This document shows, piece by piece, positions 1-10,625 of a stretch of DNA of 34,193 nucleotides. The translations under genes and the position numbers were made by a program. The stretch comes from Octopus bimaculoides. Taxonomy: Eukaryota. Every line of letters begins with the position of its first letter. Position 1 is the first letter of the stretch. The notes beneath the pieces were generated by a model. That model had not been told where the DNA came from. It did no database searches and was given only the letters and a program-made list of their open reading frames with translations. The stretch covers positions 36,833,144-36,867,336 of the forward strand of contig NC_068982.1 of assembly GCF_001194135.2 (NCBI RefSeq). The letters run 5' to 3'.

Positions 1-258
1 GGCAGGGGATGTTGGCGAACCCTGCTGTACTCTTTCACCACAACTTTCTCTTGCTCTTACTTCCTGTTTCTGTTGTGCCTGTTATTCAAAGGGTCAGCCT
101 TGTCACACTGTGTCACGTTGAATATCCCCGAGAACTACGTTAAGGGTACACGTGACTGTGGAGTGCTCAGCCACTTGCACGTTAATTTCATGAACAGGCT
201 GTTCCGTTGATCGGATCAACTAGAACCCTCGACATCATAAGCGACGGAGTGCCAACAA
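1..258 (+). mobile_element. SINE-like dispersed repeat, 3' part (5' end outside the window), short CAA tail
   Basis: GC/CpG-rich segment contrasting with AT-rich flanks; ends ...ggatcaactagaaccctcgacatcataagcgacggagtgccaacaa, which matches my recollection of an abundant octopus SINE 3' end. Confidence 0.7.
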
Positions 259-2353
259 TGTTTCAGTTGGTCTAGGAGGTAGGAAATAACAAACCCAGCA
301 GAGGATAGAGATAACTACTCCCATGCTCAAATTTATCAAGATATTTTTTAAAAAGATCTGTTTTTTTTTTTAAATAAGTTGATCCAAATTTACTCTATAG
401 CAATTCTTTTTTTGCTTCCTTTACAGTAGTTGTATTGCTCTTTATTTATTTTTTTTTCAATAAAATATATTTAATCATTTCAACATTATTTCTTTATTAA
501 TACAAAAGGATTTTAACTTTAACTCCTATAATTAATTTGAAGTCTCATTACATTTTTTTTCTGACTGGATCAGGAGACAAGTGATATTTTATAGATATAC
601 TGACACCCTAATCACTTAACTATTGTGGATTCTTTCAAAGCTGTGCATTAAATAACAGAACCAGTCTTTTTCTCTTGGGCTATGTTGCATGGGAGTGCTT
701 TCCATGTCTGTTTTATAAACATTCAGTACTTCTAAATCAAAGTCTAGAGAAAACAGATATTGCAACATTTTTAAAGGGAAAGTTAGATATATATTCTAAA
801 AAAATTAATTATTATGAAGTTTTATTGAAATATATAAACAATTTAGCTAAGATTTTGTGGTTAGAATCACCTGGTTTGAAATTGTGATCCTTTGGTTTTA
901 AGACCTAATTGTTTTCTCTAAGGCTTATAATTCCCCAAATGCAGTGAAATTTGAAGTCTTCCTTAAATGTATCATCTCCGTTTTTCAGTTAGCATCATTT
1001 TTTTGTGTCCATCTTTTGAACTAGCATAATTTCATTATCTTTACATTTGCATTTTAATTTTTGATGGGACTTTTGAGACAGTGTTTTATGAGATTGTACC
1101 CATCTTGATGTCATCATTTTTAATTGCTTCTTACAGTGTATCTATTGTTAAAAACCAAGATATTCTCAATGATGACATTGTTTTTGAGAATTAAAAACAT
1201 TCTTACTTATTTGTTAAAAATTGAAAAGTAGTGTTATTTCTGGGTTTATGTTAAAATGCCTTTATAATGCTTTTCTTTTCACAAAAAAAAAAAATGTGAT
1301 TTGGAGACTGTTTGGTTTAGACTACTGAAAGCTTCTTGTTCTGGAATCCAGTAGACATAAGCTCTTATAAGTAAGACACAAAGGATAAATCAGAAATGAT
1401 TTCAGATTGGTTTTATTTATCTTTATCATAGATAGGAGGAAGAAATATTACTGATTATTAAAATTGTTTTTGATAATTTTTCAGACAAATTATGTAAAAG
1501 TAATAAAAAGCATCAGTTATGTTTTATTGATTATTCAGTAATAAATCTGAAGTGAAGTAGATTTTTGTGTTAACTTGAAATAGTTTTCTCATTTTTCTGT
1601 TAAATCTATTTGCTTAGTAATCTTAGAAATGATAAAGTCTTTTGTTACATTGATAGACTTTTAGAAGAATATTACTGCTGAGCACATTTTTTTATTTTGT
1701 CTGTTAGGATAAACTAATTTATCCTTTTAACTGATCCTTCTTAATACAATAAATATTTGATAGGTTGTCCTACAAATGCAACTGAATGTAGCTGCTAGCT
1801 TTCATATAATCAGAAAAGTCTACAATGAAGCTTTTGATATAAATGACAGTTTTGATCTGACAAGGAATGTGAGATTCTGGATGTTTAATATTTAGATTCT
1901 TTTATTTCTATAATGCAACACAAATGTGTAGATGTATACAGCAAAAGCATCTTTAAATTGTTTTGTTTAAATCTCAAGTGTTACTTTCTCCATTTTCAAT
2001 GATTTTCTCTTTCATGGAATTTGCTCTTACAAGTCATTAATTTGTTATTCAGTGTCCTTTCACACGTTGTCTAGTTTCCTACACTGTTTGGGATTAGACT
2101 GTTTTGCAACACAACAATTTTTCAGATTTCTTAAGTCTTATGTAATTTGGTATTTCTCAGTTTTAGTCTGATTGTATCTTCTTCAGTTTTACCTCTGTTA
2201 TGCCTTTTGTACTGTCTTTGTTGAGGTATTTGGAAGTGTTTCTAGCTACACCCTGTTGCAAGAATATTTGTCATCAAGCATTGTAATTATTTGTACACAA
2301 AACAAGATTTCATCACTACTACAGTTCTATATTTAAGAGATGAGGAATTATTT

Positions 2354-2435
2354 ACATTATTTACATTATCTACATTTGACGGATATTCGTCCTCATCTTG
2401 TTTGTTGTTAACACAACGTTTCGGCTGATATACCC
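2354..2435 (-). repeat. Inverted, 5'-truncated copy of the 3' end of the adjacent element (left arm of an 82-bp perfect inverted repeat)
   Basis: Exact reverse complement of 2622-2703, checked base by base. Confidence 0.95.
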
Positions 2436-2444
2436 ACGGGCATA

Positions 2445-2498
2445 TGGCGTAGTGGTTAAGAGCGCGGGCTACTAACCCCAAGGTTCCGAGTTCGATTC
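2445..2498 (+). promoter_or_regulatory. Internal RNA Pol III promoter (A box and B box) of the SINE head
   Basis: A box TGGCGTAGTGG at 2445-2455; B box GAGTTCGATTC at 2488-2498; tRNA-like spacing. Confidence 0.7.
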
Positions 2499-2601
2499 AC
2501 GGCAGCGACCTGATTAATAATAATAATAATAATAATAATATGATAATAATAATAATAGTAACATCGATAGGAATGAGAACCCAGGTTCGAAATTTCCCCA
2601 A

Positions 2602-2647
2602 GACACCTGACGAAGGCTGGAGGGTATATCAGCCGAAACGTTGTGTT
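2602..2647 (+). ncRNA. Minimal type I hammerhead ribozyme (Penelope-type)
   Basis: Stem I GACAC(2602-6)/GTGTT(2643-7); core CTGACGA(2607-13) plus extra A; stem II GGCTG(2615-19)/CAGCC(2630-34) with a 10-nt loop; GAAA(2635-38); palindromic minimal stem III ACGT(2638-41); predicted cleavage after GUU at 2642. Confidence 0.8.
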
Positions 2648-5122
2648 AACAACAAACAAGATGAGGACGAATATCCGTCAAATGTAGATAATGTAAATAA
2701 TGTTCATCACTACTGTTGTTACCTTATTGATGTTGGAACCTTCTCTTTTTAAGATCATATAGGTTTTAACAACTGTATGCAAATAAATAAATAAATAAAT
2801 AAATAAAGATGAGTCAACATAAGACACCTGGTGTAATTAATATAGGCATTGAAGTAGGCCTTAAGCTTAAGGCCTTTTCTATTTTAAATTCTTTTATGTT
2901 TAGCATTTTAGTAGGTGGTCTGTCTTAGATGAACAATTAAAAGGGAAAATAAGCTTAGATGGCATGCAAATTAGAATTTTGTTGTAAATAGTTTGCATGT
3001 GGTGATAGAGCTTTGAAATGAATTAGTAATTTGAATTCAGGTCTTAAAATGAGCAAGCAGTGTGTGGTGCATAGCTGAAAAACTGTCTGTATTGTCTTTT
3101 GGACATTACCATTGCCTAAATGGAAAAGGGGCTTGTGCGACTGTTCCAGAGATCAATGTTTTGAGTGTTAAGTACCACCTAGAAAGTCACCTTGCTCAGT
3201 ATGTAGTTAAAGTGAAGGTTAAAACCATATAAAAGGGAAAAACTGAATACTAAGTACTGAATGCAAACTGTGGAATGTAAATGATACAATTGATGGGAAT
3301 GTATTTAATTGCTCCACATTACCTTTCTTCTGAGTTAAATAAAATGAGTGCTTGGTTCCATGTATTCAACTAACATGTATATAGTCCAAAGGAGGAAATC
3401 TGTAAAATAATGGCACATGTGTATATGTGCATGTACTCATTTGTCTGCTGTAAGTTGAAGTCTACTGTGTTGCTACTATTCCAACTTTTATTGTTGGCAA
3501 TCCATCAGATTGAGATTGACAAGCTTGAAACTGAAGGTAGTGGCAAAGAAACTTTGGTTTTGGTAAATAAGTTAACTAGCAACTTATATTGAGTACTATT
3601 TTGTTTATACACTGTGATACATATATATATATAAACACTGACACACATATATAAACATTTTTGGTTTTTGGAAATATTTGATACAGCAGAGCAATTAATT
3701 TGTAATGCCCAATTCTTGTTACAATTCTTGGACTTCAAAAGAAGTACACATATACAATGAATACTTCTTTTGAAGTACACATTTTATGTATTTAATTATC
3801 TGTGAATGTATAATGTCTTTCAGCCAGCATGCATAATGATAATACTGTGGGATATTTCCAAGTATCCTGAATTGTAACAAAGAGTTTTTAAAATACCAAT
3901 TTTCACCTATGTTTCTTCTTTTTTTCTGTTTACTTTGTCCCCCTCCCCCTTCTCTGCTAAATAAAAAGCATGGAATGTCTTCATTTCTACTTTGAAGTCA
4001 TAAGATTAAAATCTCCTTTACCATATTTAAATTTCTATCTCAATTATGTATTTCTAACAGAAATAAATTGTTTCAACATGAAAAGTTTCTTTGAATAACT
4101 ACCTTGAATTCCTCTGTCAACAATTTTGCATCTCTGAGATAAATGTGCTAACACTTAGCTGAATGATTGTGTAGCTAATAAAAATTTAATTTCTTTATTT
4201 GGAAATATATGCATGTATGATTGTAGGAATGGGATCAGGATTAGCAATATATCAAGAATGCAAGTGTGTACATACGTAGTCTAAATAACTCTCTCATGTA
4301 ACATATTTATAGTTATCTTTTTTTTATTTTATCATGACTTGCTAGTATACAAAGTCCCCAAACTTATCCAATGCTTATACTTTAATTTATATTATGTTTT
4401 TAACATTTTTACTATCTGAAATCTCTGCTACAGAGATTTTTCTTTCTCATGTAACCACTACAAATTAATCATTTGGACATTTTAAAGCAAAACTAACAGA
4501 AAAGATAATAAAAAATTATTTCAGCTTTGACTTCGTGTTATCTAGCATGCTTCTGATGAAATTGAGCTCATAAAAATAGATGAAGTTTAGGTTTATTTAT
4601 GTGACAGTATTGCGATAAATTTCTTATGTTAACAGTTTCTGTTAAGTGTTAATAGTTGACTTGAATTTCACCAGATGCATTTTCAGGAAGAAATATTTGC
4701 ATACAAAACACATTGCAAACTGTGTATACTATACATTCATATTAAGAAACTAAGCTTTTAACAGCTTAGATGTCAGTAAGAACATTGTGTAACTGTACCA
4801 TTTTAACTACATGTCAGAATGTAGTTAAAAAAAAAGAAAAGAAAAAAGATTCATGGATAGTAAACCCAATTATTGCATGAACTCAGAGCTATTCAAACTG
4901 TAGAATCTGTTTTATAGGGAGCATACACATAGTTTTCTAATTCTGTAAAACAGTTCTTTCCGTTAGAATTCACAACATAAATCAAGTTTCATGTTAAGAC
5001 TTGTATATAGTTTCAGTTATATATCTCTGTATATAAAAATTGAAATTTATATATCTGCATACATATGCAAGCATGCATGCACTCACGCACCTCTGAAGCT
5101 TACATAGCAGAACATGTGTGTG

Positions 5123-5875
5123 TACAGGGTGCATTAGTTTTTTAAGGTCATTTGTATGAATTTAGAAAATGACGCATAGCTCATCATAGAAAAGTTGCAT
5201 ATGAAAACAAATTAGTGCAAATAATCTTGAGAATAGTTTTATCACACCTATTCAATGAATTCATCATTAGCATCAATGGCTGCTTCAATATGGGATTGGA
5301 AGCATTGACATGCCCAAATCAGATGATCTTCATTAATTTGGGTCATAGTACTGATTATGGCAGATTTGAGAGATTGTATGATGTCATGGGGGTGTTGACT
5401 GATCTTTATCAACTATACCCCATACATAATAGTCCAGTGGATTGAGGTCTGGTGAGCTAGGAGAACATGATCATAGAGATTAGCATGCACCCTCTCTTGG
5501 GTTGTCCTAGCCTTATGAGATAGTGTAGAGTCTTGTTGGAAGTTGTATGATCTTCCATTGCATATTCAGTCTATCCAGGGCCTCACAGCTTTCCCAAACA
5601 TCTGTGTAGTCAATGGCAATGACTCTTTAAGTTCTGTGAAAAAATATGAGGAGGTACAACATCTCTCTCATTGCTGATGACTCCCAAAACTGCCACAATT
5701 GCTGGGAACTTAGTATATGTGACTATTTAAACCGCATTCAGGTCTCTGCATAACCATCTGTCATTCCTTTGGTTTACCTTTCGGTCCTAATCGAAGTTTT
5801 GTCATCGATGAAAAATCAAAGCATTCCAGCCTCTTGGTATTTTAACTTGTTTAGCAAACACTTTACATGGATTGA
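5123..5875 (-). mobile_element. Tc1/mariner (DD37D/maT-like) transposon, truncated copy with transposase C-terminal half and one TIR
   Basis: TA followed by CAGGGTGCATTAGTTTTTTAAGG TIR at 5123. Minus-strand translation gives YNFQQDSTLSHKARTTQ...SSPDLNPLDYYVWG...ACQCFQSHIEAAIDANDEFIE*. Alignable with 30340-31110. Confidence 0.85.
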
Positions 5876-5968
5876 AACAGACACTGTAAGTGATATTCAG
5901 TTACATCTATTATATGATGTTGAGACACCCACACACAAACTCTCTCTCTCTCTCGTGTGTGTGTGTGT

Positions 5969-6640
5969 CATAATCAATGTCATTTAATGTCCATTTTCCA
6001 TGCTGATATGGATTGGACGGTTTGACAGGAGCTAGCAGGTCAAAAGACTGCGCTAAGCTCTACTGTCTTTTTTGGTATAGTTTCTAAGGCTGGATGCTCA
6101 GCCAGACACTAATCACTTTACATAATGTACTGGCTGCTTTTTACATGGCACCAGCAGCAAATAAGCCATGAAACAACTTACAAGATAAGACCCCTCAACT
6201 GAGCAGGGAGTAGCATTGAGGGAGGTGGGTTTGTGCCAGATGATGAGAGGTTAGAGTATGAATAGAGAGACAGAAAAAGGTGTCTTGCAGTAAAGGAGAT
6301 ACATAGCTATCTCAGTAGGAGAAGAGAGAGGGGAGAGATGATGATGAAGACATGACAGGTGGTGAAGGGGAAGGAATGTAGTGAATGAACACAGTTAGAG
6401 GGAGAAAATGTCAGGAAGATTTGTTGTGGAGAGGAGATTCAACAGGGATACAATGTTTTTAAGTTTGTGTGTGAAAGAAGAATGGGAAATATATGGAGTG
6501 GTGAACTCAAGTGAGGGATGGGGGAGATGTTAGGTGGATGGGTCTGGGTGTGGGTACAGGCTTGTCAGGAACAAATTGTGTACAGGGACATGGGTATGAA
6601 CTGCATATCTTTATGGCCTCAATTTTACTTAGCTGGATGA
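5969..6640 (-). mobile_element. Diverged (GAT)n-tailed SINE core with long CT-rich 5' extension
   Basis: Core ccatgctgatatggattggacggtttgac...ggctggatg; the purine-rich continuation aligns with 18760-18900. Confidence 0.6.
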
Positions 6641-6664
6641 GTCTTCTTAAGCACACTAGTATAT

Positions 6665-6785
6665 CATCATCATCATTGTTTAACGTCCGCCTTCCATGCT
6701 AGCATGGGTTGGACGATTTGACTGAGGACTGGTGAAACTGGATGGCAACACCAGGCTCCAATCTAATTTGGCAGAGTTTCTACAG

Positions 6786-6787
<2 letters not shown>
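6665..6787 (-). mobile_element. Young (GAT)n-tailed SINE, 5'-truncated at a (TA)n tract
   Basis: Nearly identical to 33969-34100 (few substitutions); contains the CCATGCTAGCATGG palindrome. Confidence 0.9.

Positions 6788-6850
<63 letters not shown>
6787..6850. repeat. (TA)n microsatellite, about 32 units
   Basis: Directly visible. Confidence 0.98.
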
Positions 6851-6853
<3 letters not shown>

Positions 6854-7149
6854 TCAAATTTCTCAACCTAAGTGATTTTATAAAGTTGCTGAAGTGCAAA
6901 TATAGCATTAAATAATTGCTCATAAACTATCAAGTAGAAACTACTTAAAGTAAGTGGACAAAATCACTCTCAAGAATTGAACCATGCATCTGCCTTGACT
7001 AGTTGTCCATGGCACCACTACACTAGAGATATACTGATTTTTAACTGTCAAATTAGAAGTTTCAATCTTACCAGGTAAAATGGATTTTACAAAGCTATTA
7101 GTTATAGCTACATTTGAATTAGAACAAATATGTAAAATGATTTACATAT

Positions 7150-7325
7150 ATACATACAATGCATCATCATTGTTGTATATCTATCATTGTTTGGGTTGGA
7201 TCATTCACTATATTTTGGTGGGAACTACTCCCCTGGACAAGTCAGAGGACCACATTTCACTTGCATTTAAATTTGGGCTAAGGTTCTGTGATTGGCTGCC
7301 CTTCCTAATGCTAACCATATAGATT
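7150..7325 (-). mobile_element. Highly diverged SINE-like remnant
   Basis: catcatcatt...gggttggat...gctgcccttcctaatgctaacc resembles the conserved blocks of the (GAT)n SINE. Confidence 0.4.
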
Positions 7326-8169
7326 CTACTGAATTTCTTCCTCATTTTTTTTTTGTGGCACCAACATATAAGAGGTAGTCATATCCTTGATATGATTAAA
7401 AACACCTCTCAATTCCATGTCTCTACTCACTTGCAGTCTCTTTATGAAACAAAGTAAGAGGCTTGAAGGCTAGATGCATGAATGATGGTTTTAAGAGGGC
7501 TGTGTGAGGGAGGATGTCGGTCACTCAAAGCAATGTAATCAAGAGGGTGGGATGATGACAAGGCAGAGTGACTCAGGAGACAGTGATGACAGAGACCAAG
7601 GATGTATGGGAGAAAAGGAGCAAGAGTGTTCTGGGCACAATCATTCCTATGTAGCTTCATATACATAAACTTTCTTACAGGCCAGAAAGGTTGAGTGACG
7701 AGGATAGTTGAAGGGAGAATGGAAAGTAGGTGGGTCTTGTACCAATGAACAGTACAAATGAAAATGTCAGACAAGTGGCAGCATTAGTTACACTGGAAGC
7801 AGTGTATTATGGACAGAAGAGATCCATTGTTATCCTTAGTCACACTGGCAGCATAGTACAGTGAGATTAGGAAAAGAAGAGAATGATTGGGAGATGAGAA
7901 ATAGGGTATGGGCACTGGGAGCATGAGAGATAAAGTCGAATGAAAAAGACATGAGTGGCAGTGGTGTGGTTGATAAACAGGTAAGAGATGTGAAGGGAAA
8001 TGAGAAAGAGGAGTGACTGAGTGAGTTATATGTGATAGGGATATTACAGAGGTAAGAGGCTATCAGTGTGGGCAATCCTGTAAATTTGACTGTATTCAGA
8101 TAAATATACATACACACATGTACATACAGATGTGCCTTTGCACACACATGCATGCACACACATGATTTT

Positions 8170-8600
8170 AATGTTTGTTTTGCAAATCTTGGGTAGGTGG
8201 GTGCCAATCACTATCATTCTTTGCTATCTTCTCTGAGAGATCCAACAACATTCAGTTTCTCTTCACCACTTCATCTCAAATCTTCATTGCTCTCTCTTTT
8301 CCATAACCTCCTTTCACTCTGAGCATGTAACACTTCTTTATATAATGCAGTCTTCTCTGTTGCATACTACATCCGATTGCTCTTTTGTTCAGTTTTTCTC
8401 TCAACTCATTTGTGTTTTGTTGTTCATACACACTAGTGTTACACATCCAATAGAGCATGCTTGTTTCATTCTTTCTGATTTTCACAAATTCTCTGCATTC
8501 AAAGCCCCATGTCTCACTACCATGCAACCTTTTGTTGTCAACTAAGATAATAGCTCTCTGAACATTTCCAACCATTTCTTACTCTGGTTACGACACTCTC
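8170..8600 (-). mobile_element. RTE-clade LINE, 3' fragment (RT C-terminal region and tail)
   Basis: ORF 8276-8575 reads LHGSETW...RKNETSMLYWMCNTSV...LREKLNKRAIGCSMQQRRL, typical of the RTE C-terminus. The degenerate 3' tail resembles the SINE tail. Confidence 0.85.
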
Positions 8601-8737
8601 AGAAAACCAACCCCAACTGTTAATTAGGTTACCTAGGTAATAGAAACTGTCTATTATTTTTAGAGAACTATGTGGACTTTAGAGAGAGAGAGAGAAAGAG
8701 ACAAACAGACAGACAGAGAGTGAATGTATAAGTGTAT

Positions 8738-8900
8738 CATCATCATCATTTAATATCTGCCTTCCATACTGGTTATGATGACAATGATTGGATGGTTTGA
8801 CAAAAACTGCCAAGTCCAAAGACTGCACCAAGCTCTGTCTGATTTGACATGGTTTCTGTGCCTGGATGTCCTTCCTAATGTCAACCACTTTACAGTGGGA
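8738..8900 (-). mobile_element. (GAT)n-tailed SINE, older copy
   Basis: catcatcatcatttaatatctgccttccat...ggatggtttgac...ctggatgtccttcctaatgtcaaccac; CpG sites decayed relative to the young copies. Confidence 0.75.
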
Positions 8901-8989
8901 ATAACAAAAGCATTCGATAATATAAACATACATTCACAAGTGTATAAGATTTGATCATATTTTTATGATTAGTATCTTTCTTTTTATTT

Positions 8990-9855
8990 AAAGACTACTA
9001 TGAAATTACTGTGAAATGTAGTATTGTTTTAAAGGGTGTAGACACATACCTCTCGGAGGTGTGTTAATGATTTGTCTTGTGTATAAGTTTGATGGAGTAA
9101 TAACATCACCATTGCAAACAATGCTGTTTTTCAGAACTAATCTACATTTATTATTGGAGCAGTCACTCCTGGAAATAATATTATCTTGTATCAGATGATA
9201 CAGTTTTTCTGATGCTATATATTTTCAAAATGAAATATATCGGTTCCTATCCAGTGCATGAAATTAACATCCAAGCTAGTCTTCTGTTGCAATGTAAATT
9301 CTTGCTGAAAGTGCATTAGTGTAAGAAAAGGAATTTCATGGAATTTCTCTTGAGATACATGATATCAAAAATGCTATTAGCTGTAAGTTTTATCTCAGTA
9401 TTCTTTAAGACATAACTAGCTTTGGGTGTTCTTTGTGTATATTAAAGATGAATTCAAGAGGTCCCTGATTGTATCTAAGTAGAGATTTTCTGTGAAGAAA
9501 AAGTTATGGGCAAGATTTGTGGTCTGTATGATTGCAAAAGCTCCTCTCTCAATATTTGCGTAATAAGATTCAGTGTTGGTTTATATCTTCAATATAACAC
9601 CAGTTGTTATAAAATTCCTACAATAAAATTCTTGATATAAACTGCTACTACTGTTGATCGCCAATGTAACATCTTTAATGGCATCAAATATATTCACAAA
9701 ATTCTCAGCAGTAGCACTTATTAAATTATTAAAGGTCCTTTCTAAAGATTTGTCCAACCAAATTCAACATTATGTTTGTGCAAATTTGCAAATAGTTTGG
9801 CCATATCAAAATATTTTGACAAACATCATCTAGAAAAATTCTATTAGCCCTAAAA
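8990..9855 (-). mobile_element. Gypsy-type LTR retrotransposon pol fossil: RT end, RNase H, start of integrase-proximal region
   Basis: Minus-strand translations with stops and frameshifts: FLGLIEFF; LHKHNVEFGW; NIFDAIKDVTLAINSSS (cf. HFDP..ITLATDASS); TESYYA.IERGAFAII (cf. AE.NYAQIEKEALAII); GDVITPSNL. Confidence 0.7.
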
Positions 9856-10149
9856 AAAAAAAAAAGAATCCTTTCATTTTATTTGTGAATGTATGTAAAT
9901 GTAAATTAAGCAAGAAGCTTGGTAAATGAACCTGAAGTTATCTATTCTCGACTAAAAACTCTGTTCTTATTTGGTCCAAAATTTTTGAGCAGCTAGTATC
10001 AATTTTGGCATGATAAAAATTAATTGGCTTGATAAAACAGGAAGGGAGGAGGGATCAAATAATATTATCAAGTAGCTAAGAGAGGACCTAGTTGACAGTT
10101 ATATTTAGCAATGGGAGAAGTCAAAAGTAAAAGCTTTACATATTTTACA

Positions 10150-10625
10150 GCATGAGGGTCAGAGGCATAAGGTGTTCCAAATTGTATTGTACCAGAGAGA
10201 ATGAAGACATTGCTATGGAGAAGTGTATACAGAATAATAGTGGTACACTTTCCCTTACTAACATGAAAATGAAAGAGGCAAGGAAATGCTACTACCAGAA
10301 TTTATTGAATGAGGAGAATGTATGGGTGGAAGAGGAGATACTCCAATTGGACTCAACGAAGGGACCAGCCTTTGATGTTGATAGGTATATAGTTGAAAGC
10401 AGAGTTAAGGAGTGAAGGATAGAAAGAGAGACAGAAAGACAGTTAAAGACCAGAGATAATTGGTAACATACTAAAAGTATCTGGAGAAATAGGTCATGTA
10501 CTAGCCACTCAAATAGTCAATTACACAATAGAGTGAGGTGTCATAACCAATAATTGGTAGATCAGTATCATCAGCTTCTACAAGGTTAAAGGAGAGTAAT
10601 TACAGAAGCATTGAATTGACTACTG
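10150..10625 (+). mobile_element. RTE-clade LINE internal fragment (linker and RT start)
   Basis: KEARKCYYQNLLNEENVW...DSTKGPAF..., then ILKVSGEIGHVLATQIVN..GVITNNW..SIISFYKVKG..NYRSIEL. Confidence 0.8.

Larger units (their letters stand above)
2436..2703 (+). mobile_element. tRNA-headed SINE/retrozyme-like element carrying a hammerhead ribozyme
   Basis: tRNA-like head 2438-2512 with A and B boxes; (TAA)n linker about 2515-2560; hammerhead motif 2602-2647; tail of 9-mer units TGTAGATAA/TGTAAATAA. CpG-rich, hence young. Confidence 0.8.

Noticed and set aside
600-1250. Short open frames on both strands (e.g. DFDLEVLNVYKTDMESTP..., FKPGD)
   Set aside because: No recognisable domain; possibly a very old transposon, but not supportable.
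1765-1870. Exon-like frame VVLQMQLNVAASFHIIRKVYNEAFDINDSFDLTRN with a GTGAGA donor
   Set aside because: Weak acceptor, antisense frame also open, no recognised homologue or compatible neighbouring exons.
2438-2512. Possible tRNA gene (apparent ACT anticodon)
   Set aside because: A and B boxes are present, but the acceptor, D and anticodon stems pair poorly and it is fused to a repeat body; it is a SINE head.
2515-2560. Short repeated units as a possible CRISPR-like array
   Set aside because: Simple (TAA)n microsatellite; no repeat-spacer structure anywhere in the window.
2287-2752. Two ORFs on opposite strands sharing the peptide VYQPKRCVNNKQDEDEYPSNVDNVNNV
   Set aside because: Artefact of the 82-bp inverted repeat; no coding evidence.
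3060-3200. Minus-strand DLWNSRTSPF..MVMSKRQY resembling a piggyBac transposase motif
   Set aside because: Too short and degenerate to support.
7440-8100. Purine-rich tract with minus-strand ORFs loosely like a CR1 C-terminus
   Set aside because: Similarity is at the level of composition; the family could not be assigned.
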